63,613 nt of DNA. Source: Candidatus Thermofontivivens primus (GTDB taxonomy: Bacteria; Sysuimicrobiota; Sysuimicrobiia; Sysuimicrobiales; Thermofontiviventaceae). The stretch is taken from the NCBI GenBank assembly GCA_031458695.1, contig JAVKJW010000013.1:1-63613 (forward strand). Direction: 5' to 3'. The notes under the pieces were generated by a model. That model ran no database searches, had not been told where the DNA came from, and saw only the letters and a list, made by a program, of their open reading frames with translations. Below are positions 31,782-41,316 of this stretch, in pieces. Numbering within the stretch: position 1 is the stretch's first letter; every line of letters begins with the position of its first letter. The translations under genes and the position numbers were made by a program.

Positions 31782-33248
31782 TCACAAGATTTCGCTGGGG
31801 CTCCTTCGATGAGATCTTAGGGCAAGGATCTCCTGGAGCTGGGCTGCACGTTCCACAGGTAACATATGCCGGATCCGCCCGCCCCGTGCAATACCCAGCC
31901 CTACCACACATCCCTCGAACCCAAGGGCCACAAAGCCGTTCTCCAATCCTCTTGCCTCCACGAACTGCCCGGCAAGCAAGCGGACCCATTCCACCTCCTC
32001 CAAGAACAACTTCCGTGCCTTGAGATGAGGCCCAAGCCACTGCAAGAACCAGCTCGTTGGCCGATATCCTCCTTTCCACTCGGAGAATGCCCGGATCCCG
32101 CAAGAGACGAGCTTCCAGGCCCCCCCAGGTTTCCACAGCGCCACAGGCCAGGCCTCACACCTATGCACCCAAATCGTCCGTCCCGCCACGAGCCACCGCA
32201 GGTTCTCTAGAATTCTTCCATCGACCGCGAACTCCTCTTGCAGAGAGGAGATCGCCATTTTCATCTTCTTCTGTGCCTCTTCTTCGCGAAGAGTCGCACC
32301 GGGAAAGACCAACGGGGGCTCCGGGAGGGGTACATCTGTCTGCGGCCTTCCGGTCTTTTTGAGCCGGACCATGAACAGGCCCCCGGAATCCATGTGATAG
32401 GGGTAAACCCGCCATGCCTCCCTCAAGCGCCTATCAAAGGACATGTCTAGAAACTCTAGGAGGCCCGGTTCGTGAGGGATAGGAAGGTCAATCGGTTCAA
32501 TGTCCAGCTCCGGCGCCTCTCGAAGGATGCGATCCACGATGGCCTCATTCTCCTCAGGTGCGAAAGTGCAGGTGACATAAAGGATCGTCCCTCCAGGACG
32601 CACGAGGGAGACCGCGCGGCGGAGCAATGCCTCCTGGAGATTCGTGACTTGCCTGCGGTAGCCTCGTGAGGGCTCCCGGAGAACAGCCGGGTCATTCCGC
32701 AGGTTCCCCTCGGCGGAGCAGGGAGCATCCACGAGAACAACGTCGAAGAGAGCTCCCTGGGGGAAGAGGCGTCCATCGCTTTGGACAATCATCACATTGA
32801 GGCATCCTGTGCGGAGTACATTGCTCGCGAGCGCGCGAATCCGCCTTGCGCTAATGTCTGAGGCGATCACAGTTCCTTCCTGAAGAATGTCTGCAAGGTG
32901 CGTCGTCTTCCCACCAGGCGCGGCACAGAGGTCAAGGATGCTCTGGGGTCGCGTCGGACCGAGCAAGGCCCAAGCCACGAGCCCCATCACCGACTCTTGA
33001 ACATAGAAAAAGCCAAGCCAGTGTTCCAGGGTCTTGGAAATGGGAAACGGCTCGTGGACGATACGGTAGAAGTGAGGAGGAAAGGGAAGGGGTTCTAGAC
33101 GGAAACCTTGCGCCTCAAGCCTCTCCACTACGCGATCCGGAGGGATTCGCCCCGTCTGGATCCGGAGGGTCCGTGGTTGCGGTCTTCGTGCAAACTCCCA
33201 GAATTTCTCCCAGTCTCCAATAATCCCTCTGTAGCGCTCCCAAACCAT
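31782..33248 (-). CDS. RsmF/NOL1/NOP2-like RNA m5C methyltransferase
   Basis: DLCAAPGGKT, DAPCSAEG, YVTCTFAPEENE, C-terminal PUA-like region. Confidence 0.88.
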   Translation of the reverse strand: MVWERYRGIIGDWEKFWEFARRPQPRTLRIQTGRIPPDRVVERLEAQGFRLEPLPFPPHFYRIVHEPFPISKTLEHWLGFFYVQESVMGLVAWALLGPTRPQSILDLCAAPGGKTTHLADILQEGTVIASDISARRIRALASNVLRTGCLNVMIVQSDGRLFPQGALFDVVLVDAPCSAEGNLRNDPAVLREPSRGYRRQVTNLQEALLRRAVSLVRPGGTILYVTCTFAPEENEAIVDRILREAPELDIEPIDLPIPHEPGLLEFLDMSFDRRLREAWRVYPYHMDSGGLFMVRLKKTGRPQTDVPLPEPPLVFPGATLREEEAQKKMKMAISSLQEEFAVDGRILENLRWLVAGRTIWVHRCEAWPVALWKPGGAWKLVSCGIRAFSEWKGGYRPTSWFLQWLGPHLKARKLFLEEVEWVRLLAGQFVEARGLENGFVALGFEGCVVGLGIARGGRIRHMLPVERAAQLQEILALRSHRRSPSEIL

Positions 33249-33339
33249 TATCCCTGGGAATTTTCACATCTTGCAGTGACAATCCTGCCGGGGAGGAAGG
33301 CAAAAAAGAAGGATCCACGAACAACCCTTTCCTATTCCT

Positions 33340-33692
33340 TGGTGGAGGCGGCGGGAATCGAACCCGCGTCCTAAGAGGATGAGGGCAAGGCCTCTACGTG
33401 CGTAGCTCGGGTATTCACCCTCGCCCCTGCCAGCTCCCCCGAGCGGGATCCAACAGGAGCCAGCCCTTGGAGATTCCCCCCTCCGGCACCGGGCCAGCGT
33501 CGGAGGCGGTAGCCAGCTTTCTCACGCCCACTCCGGCTCGCTGGCAAAACCGGGTAGACGACGCCGCGCTACTTAGGCGGCGTAGGCGTATGCAGGTTCG
33601 GCGTGTATTCGCCTTCCAGGATGTTTTACGAGGTTCCTGGACCTCGGCACGCAGCCCTGCTTCTTCCCTCTTAGTCGAGACCTGTCGCCCCC
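33340..33692 (-). ncRNA. ssrA: tmRNA; tag peptide (A)AEPAYAYAA
   Basis: 5' GGGGGCG, 3' GGTTCGATTCCCGCCGCCTCCACCA; tag ORF 33602-33573; immediately downstream of smpB. Confidence 0.96.
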
Positions 33693-33776
33693 GCTCTCAG
33701 AGGGAAAAGTCAAGGTGAACTGCCACACACAGTATACCACAAATGGCGAGGTAGGGGAACATCTCCTCCTTAGCCC

Positions 33777-34307
33777 CTATCTCTCCTTCCCCTTCAGGCG
33801 GCGCTGCAGTGCCCGTTCCATCTCCCGCCTGGCCTCCCGTCGGGCGATTGCCTCGCGCTTGTCGTATTGCTTCTTCCCGCGGGCCAGGGCAAGCTCCACC
33901 TTTGCATACCCTCGCTTGAAGTAAACCCGCAGGGGGATCAGGGTATACCCCCTTTGCTGGACCTTCCCCACGAGGCGATGGAGCTCGCTCTTATGGAGGA
34001 GAAGCTTGCGAGGACGCAGAGGGTCGTGGTTGTAAATGTTCCCCGCGTCGTAGGGGGGGATGTGCATGTGAACCAACCAGAGCTCCCCGCCCTTGAACTG
34101 AGCGAAGGCCTCTTGGATGCTCGCCCGCCCGGCCCTGAGGGATTTCACCTCCGTCCCTGTGAGCACGAGTCCCGCCTCATAGGTCTCCTCGATGTGGTAC
34201 TCATGCCGCGCTCGACGGTTTACGGTAACAAGTTTCTCGCCATTCCGTTCTCGTCCCACAGGCGTTCTGCTCCTCCCAGCACCCTTTTTGGAAAATTCTC
34301 CATCCAA
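33777..34307 (-). CDS. smpB: SsrA-binding protein
   Basis: NRRARHEY, EAGLVLTGTEVKSLR, RKLLLH, GKKQYDKR. Confidence 0.96.
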   Translation of the reverse strand: MDGEFSKKGAGRSRTPVGRERNGEKLVTVNRRARHEYHIEETYEAGLVLTGTEVKSLRAGRASIQEAFAQFKGGELWLVHMHIPPYDAGNIYNHDPLRPRKLLLHKSELHRLVGKVQQRGYTLIPLRVYFKRGYAKVELALARGKKQYDKREAIARREARREMERALQRRLKGKER

Positions 34308-34313
34308 ACCCCT

Positions 34314-34733
34314 TCAGGATTCCGACGGAGCGCCTGAGGAGCGGCACAGGAAGGTCCCCTCGGCTTCCGCGATGACTTCCCCCCTGGAATTGACGGCCGA
34401 AGCCCGGGCCATGGCAAATTGACCCCTTCGGCCCGCTTCGCGCGCTGTGATCAAGAGGGGTTCCCCAGGTCTTCCCTCCCTCCGGAACCGTACCTCCATC
34501 TTTGTGGTCAGAGCTTCCTCACCGCGGAGGAAGAAGAGGTTCGCCATGGCGTCGTCCAGGACAGCAGCAAGGATCCCGCCATGCACCACCCCATCGTACC
34601 CTACGTGATGGGGACCTGGGACGAACTCTGTACAGACCTCCTCTCCCCTAAAGTGGAAGATGAGGCGGAGTCCTAGTGGGTTCTGTGGACCGCACACGAA
34701 GCACCATAAAGCGTTGCGCATCTTCCACGTCAC
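34314..34733 (-). CDS. PaaI/hotdog-fold thioesterase
   Basis: CFVCGPQNPLGL, HGGILAAVLDDAM. Confidence 0.88.
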   Translation of the reverse strand: MTWKMRNALWCFVCGPQNPLGLRLIFHFRGEEVCTEFVPGPHHVGYDGVVHGGILAAVLDDAMANLFFLRGEEALTTKMEVRFRREGRPGEPLLITAREAGRRGQFAMARASAVNSRGEVIAEAEGTFLCRSSGAPSES

Positions 34734-34766
34734 CCCCCTCCTCTCCGTCGACAGGGAAGAGAGACT

Positions 34767-35411
34767 CTACGCGCCCTCATGGGATTTCCCCCAAGGAAAG
34801 ACCTCCCCTCTCACCAGGCTTACAGCGTGGGGGAGCACGGGAAGAATCACCTCCAACCACTCCCTTACTCCCTTTGGGCTCCCTGGGAGGTTGATAATGA
34901 GCGCCTGGCCTCGGACCCCCGCAACGGAGCGCGAGAGCATGGCCATGGAGGTTTTCTCTAGCGTCTTGACCCGCGCTGCCTCGGGGATCCCAGGGATCAG
35001 GCGTTCCACCACATCTAGGGTGGCCTCAGGAGTCACATCGCGGGGGGCAATGCCGCTTCCTCCCGTCGTGAGGATGACATCGACTGTCCCCCCGTCGGCC
35101 AGACGCATGAGGTGGTTCCGGATGATCCCTCGATCGTCGGGGACAACAACCCGTTCACAGACCACCGCCCCTTCAGCAGTGACGAGATCTGCAATAACCT
35201 CTCCACTCTCATCCCGCCCTTCCCCCCGGGAGACCCGCTCGCTCGCCGTGAGGATGGCCACACGGATACCCTCCAAATGCTTCTGGGACCTCTCCCCTAC
35301 CAGAGCAATCCCCTCCCCCTGGAAACTCTGTGGCTCAGATGAAGATCTTCCTTGACTTCCCGCCGAGTCGATTGTACCAGCCTTAAGGGAGGATGACCAG
35401 GCTAAGTGCAA
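34767..35411 (-). CDS. mog: MogA/MoaB molybdopterin adenylyltransferase (true start probably downstream of 35411)
   Basis: DESG, VPDD, TTGGSGIAPRDVTPEAT, NLPGSPKG. Confidence 0.9.
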   Translation of the reverse strand: MHLAWSSSLKAGTIDSAGSQGRSSSEPQSFQGEGIALVGERSQKHLEGIRVAILTASERVSRGEGRDESGEVIADLVTAEGAVVCERVVVPDDRGIIRNHLMRLADGGTVDVILTTGGSGIAPRDVTPEATLDVVERLIPGIPEAARVKTLEKTSMAMLSRSVAGVRGQALIINLPGSPKGVREWLEVILPVLPHAVSLVRGEVFPWGKSHEGA

Positions 35412-35470
35412 GGACGCGCCTTTTTGTTAGATTCTCTATCAAAATATCCTGACCAGATTTGCAATGGTCC

Positions 35471-37387
35471 TTACAGAGGGACCATCTGGCCCGTCTCCGT
35501 GGTATCGTAACCTCCGAGTTTCTCCACCTCAGCCCGGAACTCCGGAGAGGAGAGAACTTCCAGGGCCTGCCGGACCAACGGGGTTTTCAGGTACTCCCTG
35601 GGGATCACCAGGTCGTAGCGTTCCTTCGCCACTGGGATGAAGTCGAGACCCAATGCTCTGGCAGCAGCGTAGATTCCTAACCCTGCGTCTGCCGCTCCAC
35701 TCGCAACCGCCACGGCTACAGACATATGGGTGTACTCCTCCCGTTCGTACCCGCGGATCCGGGTTGGGTCGATCCCCAATTGTTTGAGGTGGAAATCCAG
35801 AAGGATCCTTGTCCCAGCTCCTCTCTGGCGGTTCACAAAGGTCACATCCTCCCTGGTCAGGTCCTCGATCCCCCGGATTCCCTTAGGATTCCCAGGGCGT
35901 ACCATCAGGCCCTGGTCCCTGTGGGCGAGGGTGACAAGGACGACGTCTTCATCTGCGAGGAAGCGACGTACGTAAGGAACGTTGTACTCTCCTGTCTCTT
36001 CGTCGAGAAGGTGGATCCCGGACATGTGAGCCTCCCCCCGGCGAATCGCCATCAACCCGCCGAGACTTCCGACGTGAGCGGAGGAGAGACTCACCCCGGG
36101 ATAGCGCTTGCGGAGGAAATCTGCGAGCACATCCAGAGCCACATCGTGACTTCCGACGACCACGAGGGTGTTGGTGACCTCCTCTTCTGGTCTCAGAAGT
36201 TCGACTTCCACCTCACTCCCTGCTTCAATCCCTTCGCTGGATCTGGGGATGACCAGGAGTCCATCGGCCCTCACCATGGTGGAAATGAGGCTTGCTCCCC
36301 TCCCTAGAGGTGTGGCGACGAGGCGCTCTCCTACCCGTCCGAGCTTCACACGGACGAACTCATCGACCCCCATGCTGGAGGTAACTCTCCTGGTGAGCAC
36401 CGCCTTCGCCATTTCTCTTCGGGGGACTGGAAGGCCCAGGAAACCATAGACAAGGGGTTTTACGAAAAGATCGAAAGTAAGGATCGCTGTTACCGGATAG
36501 CCCGGGATCCCCACCACAGGTTTAGTTTCGAGTATCCCCAGGATTGTGGGCTTTCCCGGCCTGATGCTCACTCCATGGAGGATGATCTCCCCCAGCGTCT
36601 CAATGGCGGTAGCAGTCAGGTCCTTCCCCCCTGCAGAGGAACCCGCGTTCACCACGATCACATCATGGTCCCTTCCCTTGTGGATCGCTTCGAGAAGGGC
36701 GTCCAGGTCATCTGGTACTGGAGGATGCCGGAAGGGTTGTCCCCCCCACTCCTCCACCATGGCGCTAAGAACACGCGTGTTGAACTCCACAACCGATCCC
36801 ATTTGGAGGGCTTGGCCGGGTTCCACAAGTTCATCGCCGGTGGGAATCAGGAAAACTTGTGGTTTTCGCCTCACTGAGACCTCTGTCACCCCACTGGCCA
36901 ACATCGCCCCAATGTCCACGGGACGGATGCGGTGATTGGTTGGAAGGAGGAGCTCTGTGGCCACAATGTCTTCCCCAACGGGGCGCACGTGCTGCCATGG
37001 GATGGCGGGCGCAATGATCTCCACTTCCCCAGAAGGAAGCTCGTACACATCCTCGATCATGATCACCGCATCGTACCCCGGGGGGAGAGGATCCCCCGTA
37101 TCCAGGAGGACGAACTGGTCCCGCCGGAGCCGCACAGGGGAGGTCTCGGATGCCCCGAACGTCTCTTTTGCCCTTACGGCAATCCCATCCACACCCGATG
37201 CATGGTAATGAGGGGAGGAACGAAGGGCAACTACTGGCTCCGCTGTGACTCGCCCCAAGGCTTCTTCCACAATGACTCGCTCCCCCTCCAGAGGACGCAG
37301 GATCCCGCGGTCCCTAAGGATCCCTAGCCAACGCCGAAGAGCCTCTTCCAGGGGTACATCGGTCAAGTAGATCTTTCGTCCACGCAT
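35471..37387 (-). CDS. moeA: MoeA fused to a C-terminal periplasmic-binding-protein-like domain
   Basis: DGIAV, PTGDEL, SIRPGKP, GIPGYP, then GSHD, GSLGGL, NRQRGAGTR. Confidence 0.9.
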   Translation of the reverse strand: MRGRKIYLTDVPLEEALRRWLGILRDRGILRPLEGERVIVEEALGRVTAEPVVALRSSPHYHASGVDGIAVRAKETFGASETSPVRLRRDQFVLLDTGDPLPPGYDAVIMIEDVYELPSGEVEIIAPAIPWQHVRPVGEDIVATELLLPTNHRIRPVDIGAMLASGVTEVSVRRKPQVFLIPTGDELVEPGQALQMGSVVEFNTRVLSAMVEEWGGQPFRHPPVPDDLDALLEAIHKGRDHDVIVVNAGSSAGGKDLTATAIETLGEIILHGVSIRPGKPTILGILETKPVVGIPGYPVTAILTFDLFVKPLVYGFLGLPVPRREMAKAVLTRRVTSSMGVDEFVRVKLGRVGERLVATPLGRGASLISTMVRADGLLVIPRSSEGIEAGSEVEVELLRPEEEVTNTLVVVGSHDVALDVLADFLRKRYPGVSLSSAHVGSLGGLMAIRRGEAHMSGIHLLDEETGEYNVPYVRRFLADEDVVLVTLAHRDQGLMVRPGNPKGIRGIEDLTREDVTFVNRQRGAGTRILLDFHLKQLGIDPTRIRGYEREEYTHMSVAVAVASGAADAGLGIYAAARALGLDFIPVAKERYDLVIPREYLKTPLVRQALEVLSSPEFRAEVEKLGGYDTTETGQMVPL

Positions 37388-37402
37388 CGTTCCTTCCCAC
37401 CT

Positions 37403-38641
37403 TCACCAAATCCATACCTCTACAGGTTCCCCCACTTCCAGCCCCTCGCGCTCCAGGGGAACCCTCACCAAGCCATCTGCCTTTACCATCGTGGAGATGA
37501 GACCAGACTTCCCCAGAAGGGGAATGGCCCACAGCTCCCCACCTCTTTCCTCCAGCATCACGCGGAGGTAGTCCTCGCGCCCAGGCGCGGAGGCGATCCT
37601 CCTGCCCATCTTCGCAACGACAGGAAGCCGTGGTCTCGACCGCAGGCCCAGGAGTTTCCAGAGGATCTCCCTCACAAAGACATGGAAGACGATCATGACG
37701 GTCGTGGGATGGCCAGGTAGGCCCACCACCGGGACCCCGTCAGCAATGGCCAGGAGCGTGGGCTTCCCTGGTTTCATGGAGACCCCGTGGACCACGACAC
37801 CAGGCTCACCGAGAGCATGGATCGCCTGGGCGACAAGGTCCCTTGGACCCACAGAGCTCCCTCCGGAGACAAGGATCAGGTCGCACTCCTCGACCGCCTG
37901 ACGCAAGGCATCCAGGAGGGGATCGTAAAGATCAGGAACGATCCCATAAGGGACAGGAATCCCCCCTTCCTCCCTCACCATCGCCCCTAGGGTGTAGCTA
38001 TTGATGTCGCGTACCTGTGCAGGCCCGGGATCCACGTGCGGAGGAACGACCTCGTCCCCCGTGGAGAGGATGGCCACCTTCGGGGGGATCACCACGGGGA
38101 CCTCTGTGACGCCCAGGGCCGCGAGCAACCCGATATCCTGGGGTGTGAGCTTTCGTCCCTTCTCAATGGCAACGGCGCCTTCTGGAAAATCCTCCCCCGG
38201 GCGGATGACATTCTCCCCAGGCCCGATAGGCTTCTTCACTTCAATGGTTCGCTCGTCGAGGGGCTCAGTGTGTTCCACCATCACCACCGCGTCGGCCCCC
38301 TCCGGAAGCATCCCACCTGTGGGGATCCAGGCCGCTTCCCCCGGACCTACCTTAAACGCCGGGGGGTGCCCGATGAGGACCTCGCCCACCACGCTGAGAT
38401 AAGCTGGCAGCCCCTCACTCGCGCCGAAGGTATCTGCGGCGCGTACAGCGTATCCATCTACTGTTGACTTGAAGAAGGCCGGAAGGTCGCACCTGACAGT
38501 GATATCCATGGCCACGACCCTGCCTAGGGCGGCTTCCAAGGGAAGGAACTCGTGAGGGCGAGGCTTCTCTTTCCAACAAGAAAAGAACCTTGCCTTCGCT
38601 TCCTGGGGAGTGAGGATCTCAAAGAAGAAGGATTCTTTCAC
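37403..38641 (-). CDS. moeA: Molybdopterin molybdo/tungstotransferase MoeA
   Basis: STVDGYAV, STGDE, SGGSSVG, KPGKP, GLPGHP. Confidence 0.92.
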   Translation of the reverse strand: MKESFFFEILTPQEAKARFFSCWKEKPRPHEFLPLEAALGRVVAMDITVRCDLPAFFKSTVDGYAVRAADTFGASEGLPAYLSVVGEVLIGHPPAFKVGPGEAAWIPTGGMLPEGADAVVMVEHTEPLDERTIEVKKPIGPGENVIRPGEDFPEGAVAIEKGRKLTPQDIGLLAALGVTEVPVVIPPKVAILSTGDEVVPPHVDPGPAQVRDINSYTLGAMVREEGGIPVPYGIVPDLYDPLLDALRQAVEECDLILVSGGSSVGPRDLVAQAIHALGEPGVVVHGVSMKPGKPTLLAIADGVPVVGLPGHPTTVMIVFHVFVREILWKLLGLRSRPRLPVVAKMGRRIASAPGREDYLRVMLEERGGELWAIPLLGKSGLISTMVKADGLVRVPLEREGLEVGEPVEVWIW

Positions 38642-38698
38642 CGCTTGCACCCCTTCCCACGTGCCCCGGGACGCCAAGAGAGGAAAGGATAGAGGATC

Positions 38699-39565
38699 AT
38701 GAAGAGGCCACGCTCCTCTCTGGTCGCCGCCTCCTTCGCAATCCTCGTTCTTGGTGTTGCATGGATAGCTTTTTTCGTGAGCGCAAAGAATCCTCCTCGG
38801 CGTTTGGTCCTGGCGACTACGACGAGTGTGGCGGATTCAGGTCTGCTAGGGGTGCTCCTTCCCCCTTTCGAACGGGAGCGGCATCTCCGGGTGGATGTTC
38901 TCGCAGTCGGCACAGGCCAGGCCCTGGCGATTGCCCGAAGGGGCGATGCAGACGCCCTCCTGGTCCATGCCCCTGGCCTTGAGCAGGAGTTCGTGCGCAG
39001 CGGCTACGGGGTCCTCCGCACATGTGTCGCCTACAACACCTTCGCTGTCGTTGGGCCGACTACCGACCCCGCAGGAATCGGGACCGCCCCAGACGTGACC
39101 AGCGCATTTACCAGGATCGCGCGGAGCCACACCCTTTTTGTCTCCCGGGGCGATGGCTCGGGGACTGAGGTCAAAGAGTGGGAGATCTGGAAAAAGGTCG
39201 GTCTCAACCCCAAAGGAGAGGAGTGGTACCTTGTCTCTGGAGCGGGAATGGGCCCTACCCTCATGATGGCTAGTGAGAAGCAAGCTTACACCTTGACGGA
39301 CCTGAGTACCTACCTTGCACTTGAGCCACGGCTTCATCTCGCCTTGCTCTATCCCCGAGAGAACCGAGCTGATCCGCTCCTCCTGAATCAGTATGCAGCG
39401 ATCGCCGTGAACCCAAAAAAGTTCCCACACGTCAACTTCGAAGATGCCCGTGCGCTGATCGCCTACCTCCTCTCCCCCGCTGTCCAACAAAAGATCCTTT
39501 CTTACGGGCTGGACCGGTTCACCCGTCCCCTCTACACACCATTACAAGGACGGTGCATCCGATGA
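38699..39565 (+). CDS. tupA: Tungstate ABC transporter substrate-binding protein
   Basis: ATTTS signature, VGTGQAL, VHAP, SRGDGSGT. Confidence 0.9.
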   Translation: MKRPRSSLVAASFAILVLGVAWIAFFVSAKNPPRRLVLATTTSVADSGLLGVLLPPFERERHLRVDVLAVGTGQALAIARRGDADALLVHAPGLEQEFVRSGYGVLRTCVAYNTFAVVGPTTDPAGIGTAPDVTSAFTRIARSHTLFVSRGDGSGTEVKEWEIWKKVGLNPKGEEWYLVSGAGMGPTLMMASEKQAYTLTDLSTYLALEPRLHLALLYPRENRADPLLLNQYAAIAVNPKKFPHVNFEDARALIAYLLSPAVQQKILSYGLDRFTRPLYTPLQGRCIR

Positions 39566-40200
39566 GTGAGATCGTCATCCGGACCCTCCAGGTATCTCTC
39601 TCGGCCGTGCTCCTTGCCTCGGCATTCGGTATCCCCCTTGGGACCTTCCTGGGGATGAGGGAGTTCCCTGCCAAGCGCCTCGTGCTTACCGTCCTTTATA
39701 CGGGCATGGGCCTCCCCCCGGTCGTGGTCGGGCTTTTGGTCTACCTCCTTCTCTCCCGCAGAGGCCCGCTTGGTTGGCTTCACCTGCTGTTCACGCCCAC
39801 TGCGATGGTCATGGCGGAGATGCTCCTGGCAATCCCCCTGGTGGCCGGGGTAACGATGACAGCTGTAAGCGCCGTGGACAGAGCGATTCGTGAAGCTGCG
39901 CTCATGGACGGTGCGAGTTGGCGCCAAGTAGGCTTTATCCTGATTCGGGAAGCACAGTTCGGGGTCATCGTCTCCATCGTGGCGGGGTTTGGGAGGGCGA
40001 TCTCGGAGGTTGGAGCGGTCCTCATGGTAGGAGGGGACATCGAGGGGTACACGAGGGTCATGACTACGGCCATTGTCCTGGAAACGCGCAAGGGGAATTT
40101 TGAGCTGGCGATTACGCTTGGAGTCTTGCTTCTGGGGCTCTCCTTTGTGGTCAACCTGACCCTACAGCTCCTGCAGCCGGGAATTCACAGCACCACGTGA
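39553..40200 (+). CDS. tupB: Tungstate ABC transporter permease
   Basis: GLPPVVVGL, FGRAISEVGA, TRVMTTAIVLET. Confidence 0.9.
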   Translation: MHPMSEIVIRTLQVSLSAVLLASAFGIPLGTFLGMREFPAKRLVLTVLYTGMGLPPVVVGLLVYLLLSRRGPLGWLHLLFTPTAMVMAEMLLAIPLVAGVTMTAVSAVDRAIREAALMDGASWRQVGFILIREAQFGVIVSIVAGFGRAISEVGAVLMVGGDIEGYTRVMTTAIVLETRKGNFELAITLGVLLLGLSFVVNLTLQLLQPGIHSTT

Positions 40201-40297
40201 CCTCGCTGACCATCACACCAACATCTACGAGCATCACTTCTTAGTGCCTGTGAGGGAGGCGCGGGGCCTACCCACGGGAGAGACGCGACGCTTTCCC

Positions 40298-40555
40298 CTA
40301 CAGGGCAAGGATGGTGCCTCCTGCAATGGGCGGAAAGAACCCTACCTCATCCCCGTCGCTGAGCGGCGTGGTATCCTCGGCCACGACTCCGTTGCGGAAA
40401 GCCACCCTCACCGCCTCCCTGGGGATACCGAGGCGTGCGACGAGCTGGCCCACCGTCGTCCCCTCTTCTACCTCCAGCACAATTGGCTTGCCAGCCTTTG
40501 CTTGAGGATGGTGTTCCCGCAGGGTCGCGAAGAGTTTCACTTGAACGGTGATCAC
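40298..40555 (-). CDS. MoaD/ThiS ubiquitin-like protein with GG followed by a 5-aa tail
   Basis: VKLFATLR...LSDGDEVGFFPPIAGG-TILAL*. Confidence 0.85.
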   Translation of the reverse strand: MITVQVKLFATLREHHPQAKAGKPIVLEVEEGTTVGQLVARLGIPREAVRVAFRNGVVAEDTTPLSDGDEVGFFPPIAGGTILAL

Positions 40556-40561
40556 GTTGGT

Positions 40562-40837
40562 TCACTCCTCGATCTTTGGAAAATACTGCCGATACAGCAA
40601 GCCCATCTCTTTGGGGAAAATACCGAGCCTGTCCCCGGGTTTTATCTTGCGGCGCAGCCCAGAGTATTCAGCATTGAGGAAGAGATGGCTCACATCCTCT
40701 CGTTCGATCCCGAGCCGGCGCAGGACATCGGCGATCGTGTCTCCTTCCTCCACGGGGAGGAAGGTGATGGCCTCCTCCATTGCCGAGAGATTTCCAAGAA
40801 GCTTTTTGAACCTGCCGTAGAGATGGACTTCCACCAT
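40562..40837 (-). CDS. MoaD/ThiS-like beta-grasp protein lacking Gly-Gly
   Basis: VHLYGRF...PGDRLGIFPKEMGLLYRQYFPKIEE*; SD GGGGGAG. Confidence 0.8.
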   Translation of the reverse strand: MVEVHLYGRFKKLLGNLSAMEEAITFLPVEEGDTIADVLRRLGIEREDVSHLFLNAEYSGLRRKIKPGDRLGIFPKEMGLLYRQYFPKIEE

Positions 40838-40985
40838 ATCTACTCCCCCGGCAAAGCTCTTTTCCCTCTTTGCTGGGCCCCCTCCCGAGGAGGGACCTAA
40901 CAGGACGCGGAGCATTTTGAGGGATGGGAAAACACGATCCCAGGGAAATCTTATCAAAAAGAGTTTACTGAGGTCACGATTCCCT

Positions 40986-41246
40986 TCAGCAGTAGAGCAT
41001 TGCCATATCCTTGGGGAAGACACCGATTCGATCGCCGCTTCGGACCGTCCGCTCCCGAGCGTCGTAGAAGTAGCGCCCGTTGATGAAGATATTACTCACT
41101 TCCTGCTCTGGATCGATCCCGAGGCGCCGCAGTACCTCCTCTACCCTGGTCTCCCCTTCCACAGGAACCCAGGCGATAGACTCTGCGGTGACCGCAGGGT
41201 TTTCCGCAAATCTCCGCAATCGCCCATATAACCTCACTTCGATCAT
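40986..41246 (-). CDS. MoaD/ThiS-like beta-grasp protein lacking Gly-Gly, ending in Cys
   Basis: VRLYGRLR...SGDRIGVFPKDMAMLYC*; paralog of 40562-40837. Confidence 0.8.
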   Translation of the reverse strand: MIEVRLYGRLRRFAENPAVTAESIAWVPVEGETRVEEVLRRLGIDPEQEVSNIFINGRYFYDARERTVRSGDRIGVFPKDMAMLYC

Positions 41247-41256
41247 CGCATCACCC

Positions 41257-41288
41257 GAGTAGGGGCACGGGATGCCGTGCCCCTACTC
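41257..41288. repeat. REP-like perfect hairpin GAGTAGGGGCACGG-GATG-CCGTGCCCCTACTC
   Basis: 14-bp perfect stem with GTAG foot and no U-tract, between aor and the first Ubl gene. Confidence 0.7.
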
Positions 41289-41316
41289 TGCCCTGGCTTT
41301 TCCCCCACGAGTTCCC

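Noticed and set aside
33249..33340. Possible island integrated at the ssrA 3' end
   Set aside because: No integrase and no duplicated ssrA 3' end seen in the window
33340..33372. tRNA-like sequence ending in CCA
   Set aside because: It is the 3' tRNA-like domain of tmRNA, not a tRNA gene
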